64,000 nt of DNA from Steroidobacteraceae bacterium (GCA_036008385.1 DASYNX010000082.1:15867-79866), one strand, 5' to 3'. Counted from the stretch's first letter, positions 41,288-50,777 are shown. Made by a program: numbers and translations. Notes: generated by a model not told the origin, from the sequence alone.

Positions 41288-43390
41288 ATGAACCCGACAT
41301 GGCTCCCGCGGGGCTCGCGCGCGCGGCTCCAGCACCTTGCGGTCGTGGCCCGGGGGCTGTTTGCCGTGAGCGCGCTGCTCTTGTGCTTGCCCGTCGCGGT
41401 CGCCGACAGTCCCATGCCGCGCCCGCCACAGCTCGAGCGCGATGTGCAGTTCTGGATCCGCGTCTACACCCAGATCGACACCAACTCCGGATTCCTCCAC
41501 GACCAGTACAACCTCGCGGTGGTGTACGACACGCTGCATTTCGAGCCCGACAGCTCACCTACCATGCGGCAGCGGGTCGTCGATGCCGCCCGCAACCGCT
41601 ACGCCGCGGCGCTGCGGCGGATCGCGGACGCCGGCGACGGAGAGTTGTCGGCCGACGATCAGCGCGTCAAGGCTCTGTGGGGGCCCGAGGGCACGCCCGC
41701 GCGGCTGCGCGCAGCGGTCGACGACATCCGCTTTCAGCTCGGACAGGCCGATCGCTTTCGCCGCGGCCTGGTCCGCTCCGGTGCCTGGGAAACGCACATT
41801 GCCGAAACACTCGCGAACCTGGGACTGCCGGCCGAGCTGGCGGTGCTGCCGCACGTCGAGTCCTCGTTCAATCCTAACGCCTACTCCAAGGCCGGTGCTG
41901 CGGGGCTGTGGCAGTTCATGCGCTCGACCGGACGGCGCTACCTGCGCATCGACGGCGCGGTGGACGATCGCCTCGATCCGTTCCGCTCGACCGAGGCCGC
42001 CGCGCAGCTGCTCGCCTACAACTACCGGGTGCTCGGGACCTGGCCGCTGGCGCTCACCGCCTACAATCACGGCACGGCCGGGGTGCGCCATGCGAAGGAA
42101 TCCATGGGCACCGACGACATCGTCCGCATCGTGCGCGGCTACAGCGGACGCACCTTCGGATTCGCCTCGCGCAATTTCTACGTGTCGTTTCTCGCCGCAC
42201 TCGACATCGACCACAACCCGGAAAAGTACTTCGGCTCCGTGCAGAGGGACAGCGAGGCGCGCTTTCACGAGGTCGTGGTGCCCGCCTACGTGCCGGCCAC
42301 CGCGCTCGAGCGCAGCCTCAAGGTGGACGCGGTGAAGCTGCGCGAGCTGAATCCGGCGCTGCTGTCGTCGGTGTGGAACGGTCAGCAGCGCGTGCCGAAG
42401 GCGTACCGGCTGCGCCTGCCGCTCGATGGCGGGCAATGGACCAGCGAGCTGCTTGCGCAGCGCCTCGCCCCCGAGGACATGTTCGCTGGCCAGCGCGGGC
42501 CGCGTCGCTACCGCGTGCAGAGCGGCGATACACTCGCGGCCCTCGCCGATCGCTACGGCGTGTCGATTCAGACGCTGGCGCGCATGAACCGCCTGCGCAT
42601 CAGTGCGCACCTGCGCCCGGGCAGCACGATCAGTCTGCCGGAAACTTCGCCGGCGACGGCATCCGTGACGCTCGCCGCCGCGACCCCGCCGGTCCCGGCG
42701 GTCTCCGCACCCGCCGCACCTGCCCAGGCCGCCTCCGCCGCCACTGTGGCGGCGGTGGCGCCGCCCTCGCCGGGAGGCGCGGTTTCGGCCGAGGTCGCAC
42801 AGCGCGAGAGCGCGGAGGAGGCGGCGGCCATGGCGGAAATCGTGGTCGCGAGTGCGCGGCCGCACGCGGCCGGTCTCCAGCCGGTCTCTGAGGCGCAGGC
42901 GGAGGCGCTCGGCCCGGCGCTCGGAGCGCCGGCGGACAGCGAGCAGAGTGCCGATCCGTTCGACTACAGCGTCGCGCAGGACGGCACCATCCGGGTAGCG
43001 CCGGAGGAGACGCTCGGCCACTACGCCGACTGGCTCGGTCTCACCTCGGCGCAGCTGCGCACGCTCAATCACCTGAAGCAGCGCGCGCCGGTGCGCATCG
43101 GTGAGCGCCTCAAGCTCGACTTCACGCAGGTCACCCGCGAGGTGTTCGAGACGCTGCGCCACGAGTATCACCGCGAGCTGCAGGCCGCCTACTTCGCCGC
43201 CCACCGCATTGTCGGCACCGAGGTGCACATCGCGCGGCCGGGCGATTCGGCGTGGACGCTCACCAAGCACGAGTCACGACTGCCGGTGTGGCTGCTGCAG
43301 CAGTACAACCCCGATGTCGATCTCGGCGAGCTGCATGCCGGCATGCAGATCGTGGTGCCGCGCGTGGAAGAAGTTGGCAGCGGTGGCTAG
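41288..43390 (+). CDS. mltD: membrane-bound lytic murein transglycosylase D-like (SLT domain plus LysM repeats)
   Basis: 700 aa. SLT catalytic region is LPHVESSFNPNAYSKAGAAGLWQFM. LysM is YRVQSGDTLAALADRYGVSIQTLARMNRL, with a second C-terminal LysM-like repeat. Confidence 0.88.
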   Translation: MNPTWLPRGSRARLQHLAVVARGLFAVSALLLCLPVAVADSPMPRPPQLERDVQFWIRVYTQIDTNSGFLHDQYNLAVVYDTLHFEPDSSPTMRQRVVDAARNRYAAALRRIADAGDGELSADDQRVKALWGPEGTPARLRAAVDDIRFQLGQADRFRRGLVRSGAWETHIAETLANLGLPAELAVLPHVESSFNPNAYSKAGAAGLWQFMRSTGRRYLRIDGAVDDRLDPFRSTEAAAQLLAYNYRVLGTWPLALTAYNHGTAGVRHAKESMGTDDIVRIVRGYSGRTFGFASRNFYVSFLAALDIDHNPEKYFGSVQRDSEARFHEVVVPAYVPATALERSLKVDAVKLRELNPALLSSVWNGQQRVPKAYRLRLPLDGGQWTSELLAQRLAPEDMFAGQRGPRRYRVQSGDTLAALADRYGVSIQTLARMNRLRISAHLRPGSTISLPETSPATASVTLAAATPPVPAVSAPAAPAQAASAATVAAVAPPSPGGAVSAEVAQRESAEEAAAMAEIVVASARPHAAGLQPVSEAQAEALGPALGAPADSEQSADPFDYSVAQDGTIRVAPEETLGHYADWLGLTSAQLRTLNHLKQRAPVRIGERLKLDFTQVTREVFETLRHEYHRELQAAYFAAHRIVGTEVHIARPGDSAWTLTKHESRLPVWLLQQYNPDVDLGELHAGMQIVVPRVEEVGSGG

Positions 43391-43590
43391 CCGCTGCTGT
43401 GCGACCAGGCCGCTCGGGCGTGAACCAACCATGCGCGCAACGAACCGCGCCGGCGGCGTGTCGCGGACGACGTCGGCACCCGACGACAGTCGGTTTGTGA
43501 CGCAACGGTCGGCTGTGACGGAGGTATGTGTCGGGGAGGCGGCGCTGCGCCTATAATTGCTGCGGCCTGCGGAAGCCGGCACGGAAACCG

Positions 43591-44136
43591 ATGCGTCTCA
43601 GAAACTTAGCTCTGATATTGGCAGTAGCCTTGAGGCTGGGCGCCGCCCACGCGGACAGCGTGCCGCAGGCGCAGCCGGTGATGCTGACCCCGCCCTCCAC
43701 GGTGACGCTGCCGATCGTCGACCGCGTGGTGGTGAAAAAGGGTGAGCGCCGGCTGCTGCTCATGCACGGCGGCAACGTGGTGCGCTCGTATCACGTGGCC
43801 CTCGGCCTCAACCCCGAGGGACAAAAGGAGCGCTCCGGCGACTTCCGCACCCCTGAAGGGACCTACCACCTCGATAAACGCAATCCGCGCAGCGACTTCT
43901 TCCTGTCGATCAAGGTGTCCTATCCGAACGAGACCGACCTGAAGCGCGCGCGGGCGCGCCACTGGGACACCGGCGGCTCGATCATGATTCACGGCCTGCC
44001 GAACCAGCTCAAGCACGAGCCGGAGTACTACGAGAGCCACGACTGGACCGATGGCTGCATCGCGGTGTCCAACGCTGACATGACCGAGATCTGGATGCTC
44101 ACCCCCGACGACGTGCTGATCGACATCCGTCCCTGA
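43591..44136 (+). CDS. L,D-transpeptidase (YkuD-fold) family protein
   Basis: Signal peptide is MRLRNLALILAVALRLGAAHA. VVVKKGERRLLL...EGTYHL...IMIHG...WTDGCIAV holds the catalytic His/Cys. Confidence 0.88.
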   Translation: MRLRNLALILAVALRLGAAHADSVPQAQPVMLTPPSTVTLPIVDRVVVKKGERRLLLMHGGNVVRSYHVALGLNPEGQKERSGDFRTPEGTYHLDKRNPRSDFFLSIKVSYPNETDLKRARARHWDTGGSIMIHGLPNQLKHEPEYYESHDWTDGCIAVSNADMTEIWMLTPDDVLIDIRP

Positions 44137-44139
44137 GCA

Positions 44140-45519
44140 GTGACCAGCGAGTTTCCAGAATTCGTCGACGCGCGCGTCGGTCCGCGCGGCAGTCTCGAGA
44201 ATCTGTCGCAGACCGAGATCGACAAGCTGCTCGATACCGGTCAGGGCGGGCTGTATCCGCTGTTCCGCCGCTGCGCGCTGGCGGTGCTCAACTCCGGCGC
44301 CCCCACCGACAACGCCAAGGAGATCTTCGACCGCTACCGCGATTTCGACATCCGCATCGTGCGCCATCCCTGGGGCGTGAAGCTCGAGATGCAGAATGCC
44401 CCGGGGGCGGCGTTCGTCGACGGGCAGATGATCCGCGGCATCAAGGAGCACCTGTTCGCGGTGCTGCGCGACGTGGTGTTCATCTCCAACGAGATCATCG
44501 CCAGCGGGCGCTTCGACCTCACCGACTCCGCCTCCATCACCAACGCGGTGTTCCACGTGCTGCGCAACGCACGGCTGCTCGACTACAAGGCACGACCGAA
44601 CCTGGTGGTGTGCTGGGGCGGGCACTCGATCGCGGCCAGCGAGTACCAGTACACCAAGAACGTCGGCTACGAGCTCGGCCTGCGCGCCCTCGACGTCTGC
44701 ACCGGCTGCGGCCCGGGAGCCATGAAGGGTCCGATGAAGGGCGCCACCATCGGGCATGCCAAGCAGCGCATCGAGCAGCGCCGCTACGTCGGCATTACCG
44801 AGCCGGGTATCATCGCCGCCGAGCCGCCCAATCCGATCGTCACCCAGCTCGCCATCATGCCGGACATCGAGAAGCGCCTGGAGGCGTTCGTGCGCCTGGC
44901 GCACGGCATCGTGGTGTTTCCCGGCGGGGCGGGGACCGCGGAGGAGATCCTGTATCTGGCGGGTATTCTGCTCGACCCGGCGAACCGCGAGCAGCCGTTC
45001 CCGATCGTGCTCACCGGGCCGCGCGACAGCGCCGCCTATTTCGAGCACATCATCCGCTTCATCGCCGGCACCCTCGGGGAGGACGCCGTACGGCGCTTCA
45101 CCGTGGTCATCGGCGACCCCCCTGATGTGGCACGGCGCATGGTGCGCGGCATGGACGCGGTGCGTGAATTCCGCCGCCGCCACAGCGACTCGTACAACTT
45201 CAACTGGCTGCTGTCGGTGCAGCCGCAGTTCCAGCAGCCCTTCGAGGTCACGCACGCCACCATGCGCGCACTCGAGCTGCGCCGCGATCAGCCGGCGCAC
45301 GAGCTGGCCGCGAACCTGCGCCGGGCGTTCTCCGGCATCGTCACCGGCAACGTGAAGGAATACGGCATCCAGGCGATCGAGCGCGAAGGCCCCTTCGAGC
45401 TCGCGGGAGACCCGCAGATCATGCGGCTGCTCGATGAGCTGCTCGCCGCGTTCGTGGCGCAGCGGCGCATGCGCCTCCCGGGCAGTACCTACCGGCCGGT
45501 ATACCGCCTGGTGGCGTGA
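44140..45519 (+). CDS. ppnN: nucleotide 5'-monophosphate nucleosidase PpnN (YgdH, LOG family)
   Basis: 459 aa, collinear with E. coli PpnN as I recall it: LFRRCALAVLNSG, VVCWGGHSI, CTGCGPGAMKGPMKGA, IMPDIEKRLEAFVR, FPGGAGTAEE, LRRAFSGIVTGNVKE, FVAQRRMRLPGS. Confidence 0.93.
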   Translation: MTSEFPEFVDARVGPRGSLENLSQTEIDKLLDTGQGGLYPLFRRCALAVLNSGAPTDNAKEIFDRYRDFDIRIVRHPWGVKLEMQNAPGAAFVDGQMIRGIKEHLFAVLRDVVFISNEIIASGRFDLTDSASITNAVFHVLRNARLLDYKARPNLVVCWGGHSIAASEYQYTKNVGYELGLRALDVCTGCGPGAMKGPMKGATIGHAKQRIEQRRYVGITEPGIIAAEPPNPIVTQLAIMPDIEKRLEAFVRLAHGIVVFPGGAGTAEEILYLAGILLDPANREQPFPIVLTGPRDSAAYFEHIIRFIAGTLGEDAVRRFTVVIGDPPDVARRMVRGMDAVREFRRRHSDSYNFNWLLSVQPQFQQPFEVTHATMRALELRRDQPAHELAANLRRAFSGIVTGNVKEYGIQAIEREGPFELAGDPQIMRLLDELLAAFVAQRRMRLPGSTYRPVYRLVA

Positions 45520-45721
45520 CAGCGTCGCACTGCTTGTCGCCTTGCAGCGCGCCGGCGCGCCCGATGACATAACGCTATAACGCTTTGCGTGCGGCACACT
45601 TTGTGCGGCACGCGCGAGAGCTGCGTCCCAGCGTAGCGGTGCGGCGACATGCCTGTGAACCAGTTCCTGCGGTGCGCGCGGCGAACGCCGTACGCTCGTC
45701 ATCAATCTTCAGGAGCTTCTC

Positions 45722-45976
45722 ATGGGCTCAAGCGACAGGGGGCGAGACGACGCGCCCGGCACGCACCGCGACCCGGCGGCACCCGGCAACCCGACGGGTG
45801 GGGCGGATGCATACGCCAACTGGCTCGAGCGCATGCAGCGTGCCCGCGCCCGCCAGGCCGCGATAACCCGCAACCTCTACACGTGGTCGAACTACAAGAA
45901 CTGGGCGGACCAGGTGCGCGACTCGTGGGCCGCGACCGATGCCGCCGCGCACGCCGCTGCCAAGCCCAAGAAGTAA
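45722..45976 (+). CDS. hypothetical small protein (disordered N-terminus, Trp-rich helical C-terminus)
   Basis: 84 aa. AGGAG is 7 nt upstream of the ATG. ...AYANWLERMQRARARQAAITRNLYTWSNYKNWADQVRDSW... No family recognised. Confidence 0.5.
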   Translation: MGSSDRGRDDAPGTHRDPAAPGNPTGGADAYANWLERMQRARARQAAITRNLYTWSNYKNWADQVRDSWAATDAAAHAAAKPKK

Positions 45977-46073
45977 CCCACCGGATCTTCCCCCGCGGGC
46001 GCTGCGATTTCCGGCGCCCCAGACTCTCCAGGCGATTCCCAGGCCCCTTCCAGGGCCTGTCTCAGGCTTTCTC

Positions 46074-46877
46074 TCAGGCGATGGCGAGTGCCGCAGGCGC
46101 GGCGCTTCCAGTGTGCGCGGCCGAGTCCGGCGCGTCCGGAGGCTCTCCGGCTGCCGCCGCCGCCTCTCCAGCGGCCGCGGATCCCTGCGCGCCCTGCGAG
46201 GCGGCGCCCGGCGGCAGCTGCGGAGCGCCGCGCGGCCGTGCCAGCCATTCGACCAGGGGAACCCACTGCTCGACGTCGTGCTGCGCCACGTAGCTCTTCA
46301 TCTCGTGCACGCCCACCCCGAGCTCGGCGGCGCGCACGTAGTTCTGCGAGTCGCGGATGGTCGCGACGATCGGGATCCCGAGGGTGTGCAGGAAGCGGAT
46401 GAGCGCCTGGTAGGTGAGTGTGTTGCGGCGGATGCGGTTGGCGATCACGCCGATGCGGTCGTCCTCGCGCCGGATCTTGGCCACCAGCAGCAGGTCGCGG
46501 ATGCAGCGCGAGCAGGTGTGGATATCGATGTCCGAGGGCAGCACCGGCACGATGACCTTGTCGGCCTCGCGCGTCACGTCCGGGAGGTGGCGCGCCTCGA
46601 GCGCGGCCGGTGTGTCGACGATCACGTGGGTGGCCACGTCCGGCACGCGCAACTGGAACGCCCGCGTCGTGCGGCTGTCTTTCTCGAAAGCGGCGATGAC
46701 GTGAACCTGAGGCTGAGACGGCTTGCGCTTGCGCACCCAGCGCAGCGACGAGCCCTGCGGATCGAAATCCATGAGGACCGGTACCTGCCCGCGACAGGCG
46801 AGATAACTCGCCAGGTTGATCGCGATGGTCGTCTTGCCCGACCCGCCTTTGGGGTTCAGGACGACGATGCGCTGCAT
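46074..46877 (-). CDS. orphan ParA/MinD-like P-loop ATPase with a disordered C-terminal tail
   Basis: MQRIVVLNPKGGSGKTTIAINLASYL...MDFDPQGS is a deviant Walker A with the signature Lys. Start at 46877 within ORF 46074..46955. No parB-like gene is adjacent. Confidence 0.85.
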   Translation of the reverse strand: MQRIVVLNPKGGSGKTTIAINLASYLACRGQVPVLMDFDPQGSSLRWVRKRKPSQPQVHVIAAFEKDSRTTRAFQLRVPDVATHVIVDTPAALEARHLPDVTREADKVIVPVLPSDIDIHTCSRCIRDLLLVAKIRREDDRIGVIANRIRRNTLTYQALIRFLHTLGIPIVATIRDSQNYVRAAELGVGVHEMKSYVAQHDVEQWVPLVEWLARPRGAPQLPPGAASQGAQGSAAAGEAAAAAGEPPDAPDSAAHTGSAAPAALAIA

Positions 46878-47028
46878 GATGCCCTTATGTTCTGTCACAT
46901 CCGCGTGGTGACGCGGTTCGCAGCCAAGCCTACGCAGCTCATAAGTGTGCTGCAAGCCGCGACAACGGCACGCGCCACTGTGAGCGCGCGCACGCCGCTC
47001 AAGGGCGGGCTTCCGTAGATTTTCCCGC

Positions 47029-47220
47029 GTGGAAGAGTTCTTTCTGCACCTGTGGGATGACCTGGACGACGTCGCTGGCGTCTGCCGTCACGTGGCGGCA
47101 TCGATCGCGGCCGAGTTGGTCGCCGGCGCCGCGCCGCTGATCGCGGCGGCTTCCAGCGCGCTGCTGGCCGGGACCACGCTGCTGCTGGCGCACCGGCAGA
47201 TCCTGCGCTTCCTCGCGTAA
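47029..47220 (+). CDS. possible small membrane protein
   Basis: 63-aa ORF (GTG start) with high third-position G+C and a hydrophobic core (AASIAAELVAGAAPLIAAASSALLAGTTLLLA). No clear RBS. Confidence 0.35.
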   Translation: MEEFFLHLWDDLDDVAGVCRHVAASIAAELVAGAAPLIAAASSALLAGTTLLLAHRQILRFLA

Positions 47221-47341
47221 GCGCCACCTGCGGGCCGGGGCCACGCCCGCCGCCGCTCCTCCCGGGCACGACCTGAGCCCGACGACCCTCCCCCAGACCG
47301 CTCTCAGCCGAGCCCGCGCCAGGTCGCGTTCGCACGTAGTG

Positions 47342-47370
47342 CTTGAAAATTCCGCGGTACTTCCCAAGAT
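47342..47370 (+). promoter_or_regulatory. sigma-32 (RpoH) type heat-shock promoter for htpG
   Basis: CTTGAAA-14 nt-CCCAAGAT, against the consensus CTTGAAA-N13-14-CCCCATNT, 40 nt upstream of the htpG ATG. Confidence 0.6.
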
Positions 47371-47409
47371 CGCACGTCTGCGCTTCTCAAGACCTGCGGA
47401 CATATCAGC

Positions 47410-49353
47410 ATGGAATCCGAACAAACCCAGAAACCCGCCGCCCAGGGCGAACCCACCCCGACTTCCGGCGCCCGGCAGACGCACGGCTTTCAGGCCGAGG
47501 TACGCGAGCTGCTGAAGCTCATGATCCACTCGCTCTACAGCCACCGGGAGATCTTCCTGCGCGAGCTCATCTCCAACGCCTCGGACGCCTGCGACCGGCT
47601 GCGCTTCGCCGCCATCGCCAACGGTGCGCTGCTGGCCCAGGACCCCGAGCTCGGCATCCGCATCGACGCCGACAGCGCCGCCGGCACCGTGACCATCACC
47701 GACAACGGCATCGGCATGACGCGCGCGGAGGCCATCGCCAACCTCGGCACCATTGCCCGCTCGGGCACCGCGGAGTTCTTTCGCTCGCTCTCGGGCGATG
47801 AGCAGAAGGCCTCGGCGCTCATCGGTCAGTTCGGCGTGGGGTTCTACTCCGCCTTCATCGTCGCCGAGCGCGTCACGGTGCGCTCGCGCAAGGCCGGCGA
47901 GCCCGCGGAAGCCGGGGTGTGCTGGGAGTCGGGGGCGGACGGGGAATTCACCGTGGAGACCGTTACGCACCCGACACGCGGCACGGAAGTGACGCTGCAC
48001 CTCAGGGAGGATGCGCGCGAGTTCGCCGATCCCCTGCGTCTGCGCGGTCTCATCCGCCGCTACTCGGACCACATCGGCTTCCCGGTGCGCATGCGCAAGC
48101 AAGGCGAGGCGTCGCTCGAGTACGAGGTGGTGAACCAGGCGAAGGCACTGTGGACGCTGCCGCGCAGCGAGATCCCCGACGAAGAGTACAAGCAGTTCTA
48201 CCAGTACCTGGCGCACGACTTCACCGACCCGCTCGCCTGGAGCCACAACAAGGTGGAAGGCAAGCGCGAATACATCAGCCTGCTGTACGTGCCGGCGCGC
48301 GCGCCCTGGGACCTGTGGCAGCGCGACGCGGCGCGGGGACTGAAACTGTACGTGCGCCGCGTGTTCATCATGGACGACGCCGAGCAGTTCTTGCCGCTGT
48401 ACCTGCGTTTCATCAAGGGCGTGGTGGATTCCAGCGACCTGCCGCTGAACATCTCGCGCGAGCTCCTGCAGCAGGAGCCGGAGGTCGAGGCGATCAGGAG
48501 CGGGCTCACCAAACGGGCGCTCGACCTGCTCACGCGGCTGATGAAGGAGGAGCCGGAGAAGTACGCCACCTTCTGGAAGGAGTTCGGCGCGGTGCTCAAG
48601 GAAGGCATCGCGCAGGATCACGCCAACCAGGCGGCGATCCTGCCGCTGCTGCGCTTTGCCAGCACGCATCAGGCCGACGACACCCCGTCGGTGAGCCTCG
48701 CCGATTACCTGGCGCGCATGCAGCCCGGTCAGCAGCGCGTCTACTATGTCATCGCCGAGAGCCTGGCGGCGGCGCGCGGCAGCCCGGCCATCGAGCGCCT
48801 CAAGGAGCGCGGGCTCGAAGTGCTGCTGCTCGCCGAGCGCATCGACGAGTGGGTCATGGGGCAGCTTGAGCCCTACGAGGGCAAGCGCTTCAAGGACGCC
48901 GCGCGCGGGGATCTCGAGCTCGGCGGACTCGAGAGCGAGGCGGAGCGGGCGCAGCACCACGCCGAGCTCAAGGAGAGCAAGGGGCTGCTGAAGCGCATCA
49001 AGGACGCACTGGGCGAGCGCATCACCGAGGTGCGTGTCAGCGAGCGCCTGCGCGAGTCGCCCGCGTGCCTGGTGCTGGGCGAGCACGATCTGTCCGAGCA
49101 CCTGCGCCGTATCCTCGCGGCCGCCGGCCAGACGGCCCCGGCCGCCCGTCCGCTGCTCGAGGTGAACGTCGCTCACCCGCTGGTGAAGTATCTCGAGGGC
49201 GTCACCGATGCCGGCCAGTTCGCCGAGCTGGCGCAGCTGCTCTACGACCAGGCCGCGCTCGCCGAGGGCACCCCGCTCGCCAACCCGCCCGAGTACGTGC
49301 AGCGCCTCAATCGGCTGCTGGTGCGGCTCGCGGCACCGGCAGGCGCGAGCTGA
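47410..49353 (+). CDS. htpG: molecular chaperone HtpG (Hsp90)
   Basis: 647 aa. FQAEVRELLKLMIHSLYSHREIFLRELISNASDACDRLRF and GQFGVGFYSAF. Confidence 0.96.
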   Translation: MESEQTQKPAAQGEPTPTSGARQTHGFQAEVRELLKLMIHSLYSHREIFLRELISNASDACDRLRFAAIANGALLAQDPELGIRIDADSAAGTVTITDNGIGMTRAEAIANLGTIARSGTAEFFRSLSGDEQKASALIGQFGVGFYSAFIVAERVTVRSRKAGEPAEAGVCWESGADGEFTVETVTHPTRGTEVTLHLREDAREFADPLRLRGLIRRYSDHIGFPVRMRKQGEASLEYEVVNQAKALWTLPRSEIPDEEYKQFYQYLAHDFTDPLAWSHNKVEGKREYISLLYVPARAPWDLWQRDAARGLKLYVRRVFIMDDAEQFLPLYLRFIKGVVDSSDLPLNISRELLQQEPEVEAIRSGLTKRALDLLTRLMKEEPEKYATFWKEFGAVLKEGIAQDHANQAAILPLLRFASTHQADDTPSVSLADYLARMQPGQQRVYYVIAESLAAARGSPAIERLKERGLEVLLLAERIDEWVMGQLEPYEGKRFKDAARGDLELGGLESEAERAQHHAELKESKGLLKRIKDALGERITEVRVSERLRESPACLVLGEHDLSEHLRRILAAAGQTAPAARPLLEVNVAHPLVKYLEGVTDAGQFAELAQLLYDQAALAEGTPLANPPEYVQRLNRLLVRLAAPAGAS

Positions 49354-49355
49354 GC

Positions 49356-50024
49356 GTGGTGAGCCAACCGGTGCGTGGCGAGCGCCTCACGCTCGCAGGA
49401 CCCGCCGGCGCCCTCGAGGCGCTGGTCGAGACGCCCGCAGCCGAGACCGGCAGCTCGCGCGCCAGCGCCTTCGGCGTGGTGTGCCATCCGCATCCGCTCT
49501 ACAACGGAACCCTGGACAACAAGGTGGTGTGGACGCTGGCGCGCGCCTTCCTGCAGCTTGGCACGCCCGCCATCCGTTTCAACCTCCGCGGCGTGGGCGC
49601 GAGCGCTGGGAGCTACGACGAGGGACGCGGTGAGACCGAAGATACGCTCGCGGTCATCGCCTGGGGCCGGCAACGCTGGCCGGGAGCGGCGCTGTGGCTC
49701 GCGGGTTTCTCCTTCGGCGGCGTCGTGGCGCTGCGGGCCGCCGCGCAAGAGCTGCCGGCGTGCCTGGTCACCGTGGCGCCCGGCATCACCCGCATCGATC
49801 CGGGCGATGCCGCGCCGCCCGCGTGCCCGTGGCTGATTGTGCAGGGAGCGGCGGATGATGTCGTACCGGCGGACGTGGTGATCGACTGGGCGCGGCGGCT
49901 GTCACCGGCGCCGGAGCTCGCCCTGCTGCCCGGGGCGGGGCACTTCTTCCACGGTCGCATCAACGAGCTGCGCGACCTGGTGGTGGGTTTCCTCGAGCGC
50001 TTCGGGGCGCGCGCGCCGCGCTGA
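49356..50024 (+). CDS. alpha/beta-hydrolase-fold protein
   Basis: Frame of ORF 49065..50024. GVVCHPHPLYNGTLDNKVV..., nucleophile elbow LAGFSFGG and GAGHFF. GTG start 3 nt after the htpG stop. Confidence 0.7.
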   Translation: MVSQPVRGERLTLAGPAGALEALVETPAAETGSSRASAFGVVCHPHPLYNGTLDNKVVWTLARAFLQLGTPAIRFNLRGVGASAGSYDEGRGETEDTLAVIAWGRQRWPGAALWLAGFSFGGVVALRAAAQELPACLVTVAPGITRIDPGDAAPPACPWLIVQGAADDVVPADVVIDWARRLSPAPELALLPGAGHFFHGRINELRDLVVGFLERFGARAPR

Positions 50025-50063
50025 AAAGACCGGGCGCGCTGGAAGAACTGGCCCCGCACCAAC

Positions 50064-50100
50064 AAAAAAGCCCGGCGGGTTCCCCGTCGGGCTTCGTTGT
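50064..50100. terminator. bidirectional intrinsic terminator between convergent genes
   Basis: AAAAAA-GCCCGGCGGG-TT-CCCCGTCGGGC-TTCGTTGT. The A-run and T-rich flanks serve both the plus-strand hydrolase gene and the minus-strand HU gene. Confidence 0.6.
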
Positions 50101-50124
50101 CCGCAGGTGCGGAAAGGGCGAGCC

Positions 50125-50439
50125 TTAGGAGTTCACCATCGCCTTCAGGCTCTTCAAGGGCATCACGCGAACCTTCTTACTCGCCGGCTTGGCCTTGAAC
50201 ATCATCTTCTCGCCGGTGAACGGGTTGACGCCCTCGCGCGCCTTGGTCGCCGGCTTCTTGACGACCTTCATCTTCAAGAGGCCCGGCATGGTGAACAGAC
50301 CGTTGCCGCGCAGGCTCTTCTTGATCACGCCCCCCAGTGAATCGAAGACGCCTCCGACTTGCTTGCGGGAGAGCCCCGTGTCCTTGGAGATGTGTGTCAG
50401 GACTTCCGACTTGGTCGGTGCGCCACCCTTTTTCGCCAT
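50125..50439 (-). CDS. HU/IHF-family nucleoid-associated DNA-binding protein
   Basis: 104 aa. KSEVLTHISKDTGLSRKQVGGVFDSL...GLFTMPGLLKMKVVKKPATKAREGVNPFTGEKMMFKAKP shows the arm motif R-x-G-x-NP-x-TGE. Confidence 0.85.
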   Translation of the reverse strand: MAKKGGAPTKSEVLTHISKDTGLSRKQVGGVFDSLGGVIKKSLRGNGLFTMPGLLKMKVVKKPATKAREGVNPFTGEKMMFKAKPASKKVRVMPLKSLKAMVNS

Positions 50440-50633
50440 GTTGCCCTACTCCTCGAGAATTTAGTGTTGCGAGAGGCGGTGCGTGTGCGCACCGCGCGTG
50501 AGAATCGGTGCGGGAAAATAGCACATGCGCGTGCTTTCGCAAGCGCTTTTTTTCACTCCGGTGTTGCGAAAATGCCTTTTTTCACAGGGTTTCCCGCAGC
50601 ACCGGCGGCGCACCGGTGGGGTCAGCTGCGTCC

Positions 50634-50682
50634 GCGAAGCTGCCGCGAAGCTGCTGCGAATGCTGCGATTCTCGTTGCGAAG
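50634..50682. repeat. short tandem/degenerate direct repeats (GCGAAGCTGC units) in an intergenic region
   Basis: GCGAAGCTGCcGCGAAGCTGCtGCGAAtGCTGCGAttctcgttGCGAAG. The same gap carries TTGCGA(A) four times in either orientation (50467, 50536 rc, 50564, 50675). Confidence 0.6.
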
Positions 50683-50777
50683 TCGGCGCTAAGCGCGTGT
50701 TCCCCAACGCAACGGCGCCACGCAACCGCCAGCGCTGCGGCGCACTGTGACGGGATTTTCAGGCCATTTTCAGCGAA

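Noticed and set aside
43552-43557. TATAAT upstream of the L,D-transpeptidase gene as a promoter.
   Set aside because: No acceptable -35 lies at 16-18 nt (TGTCGG only). The evidence is too weak to list as a feature.
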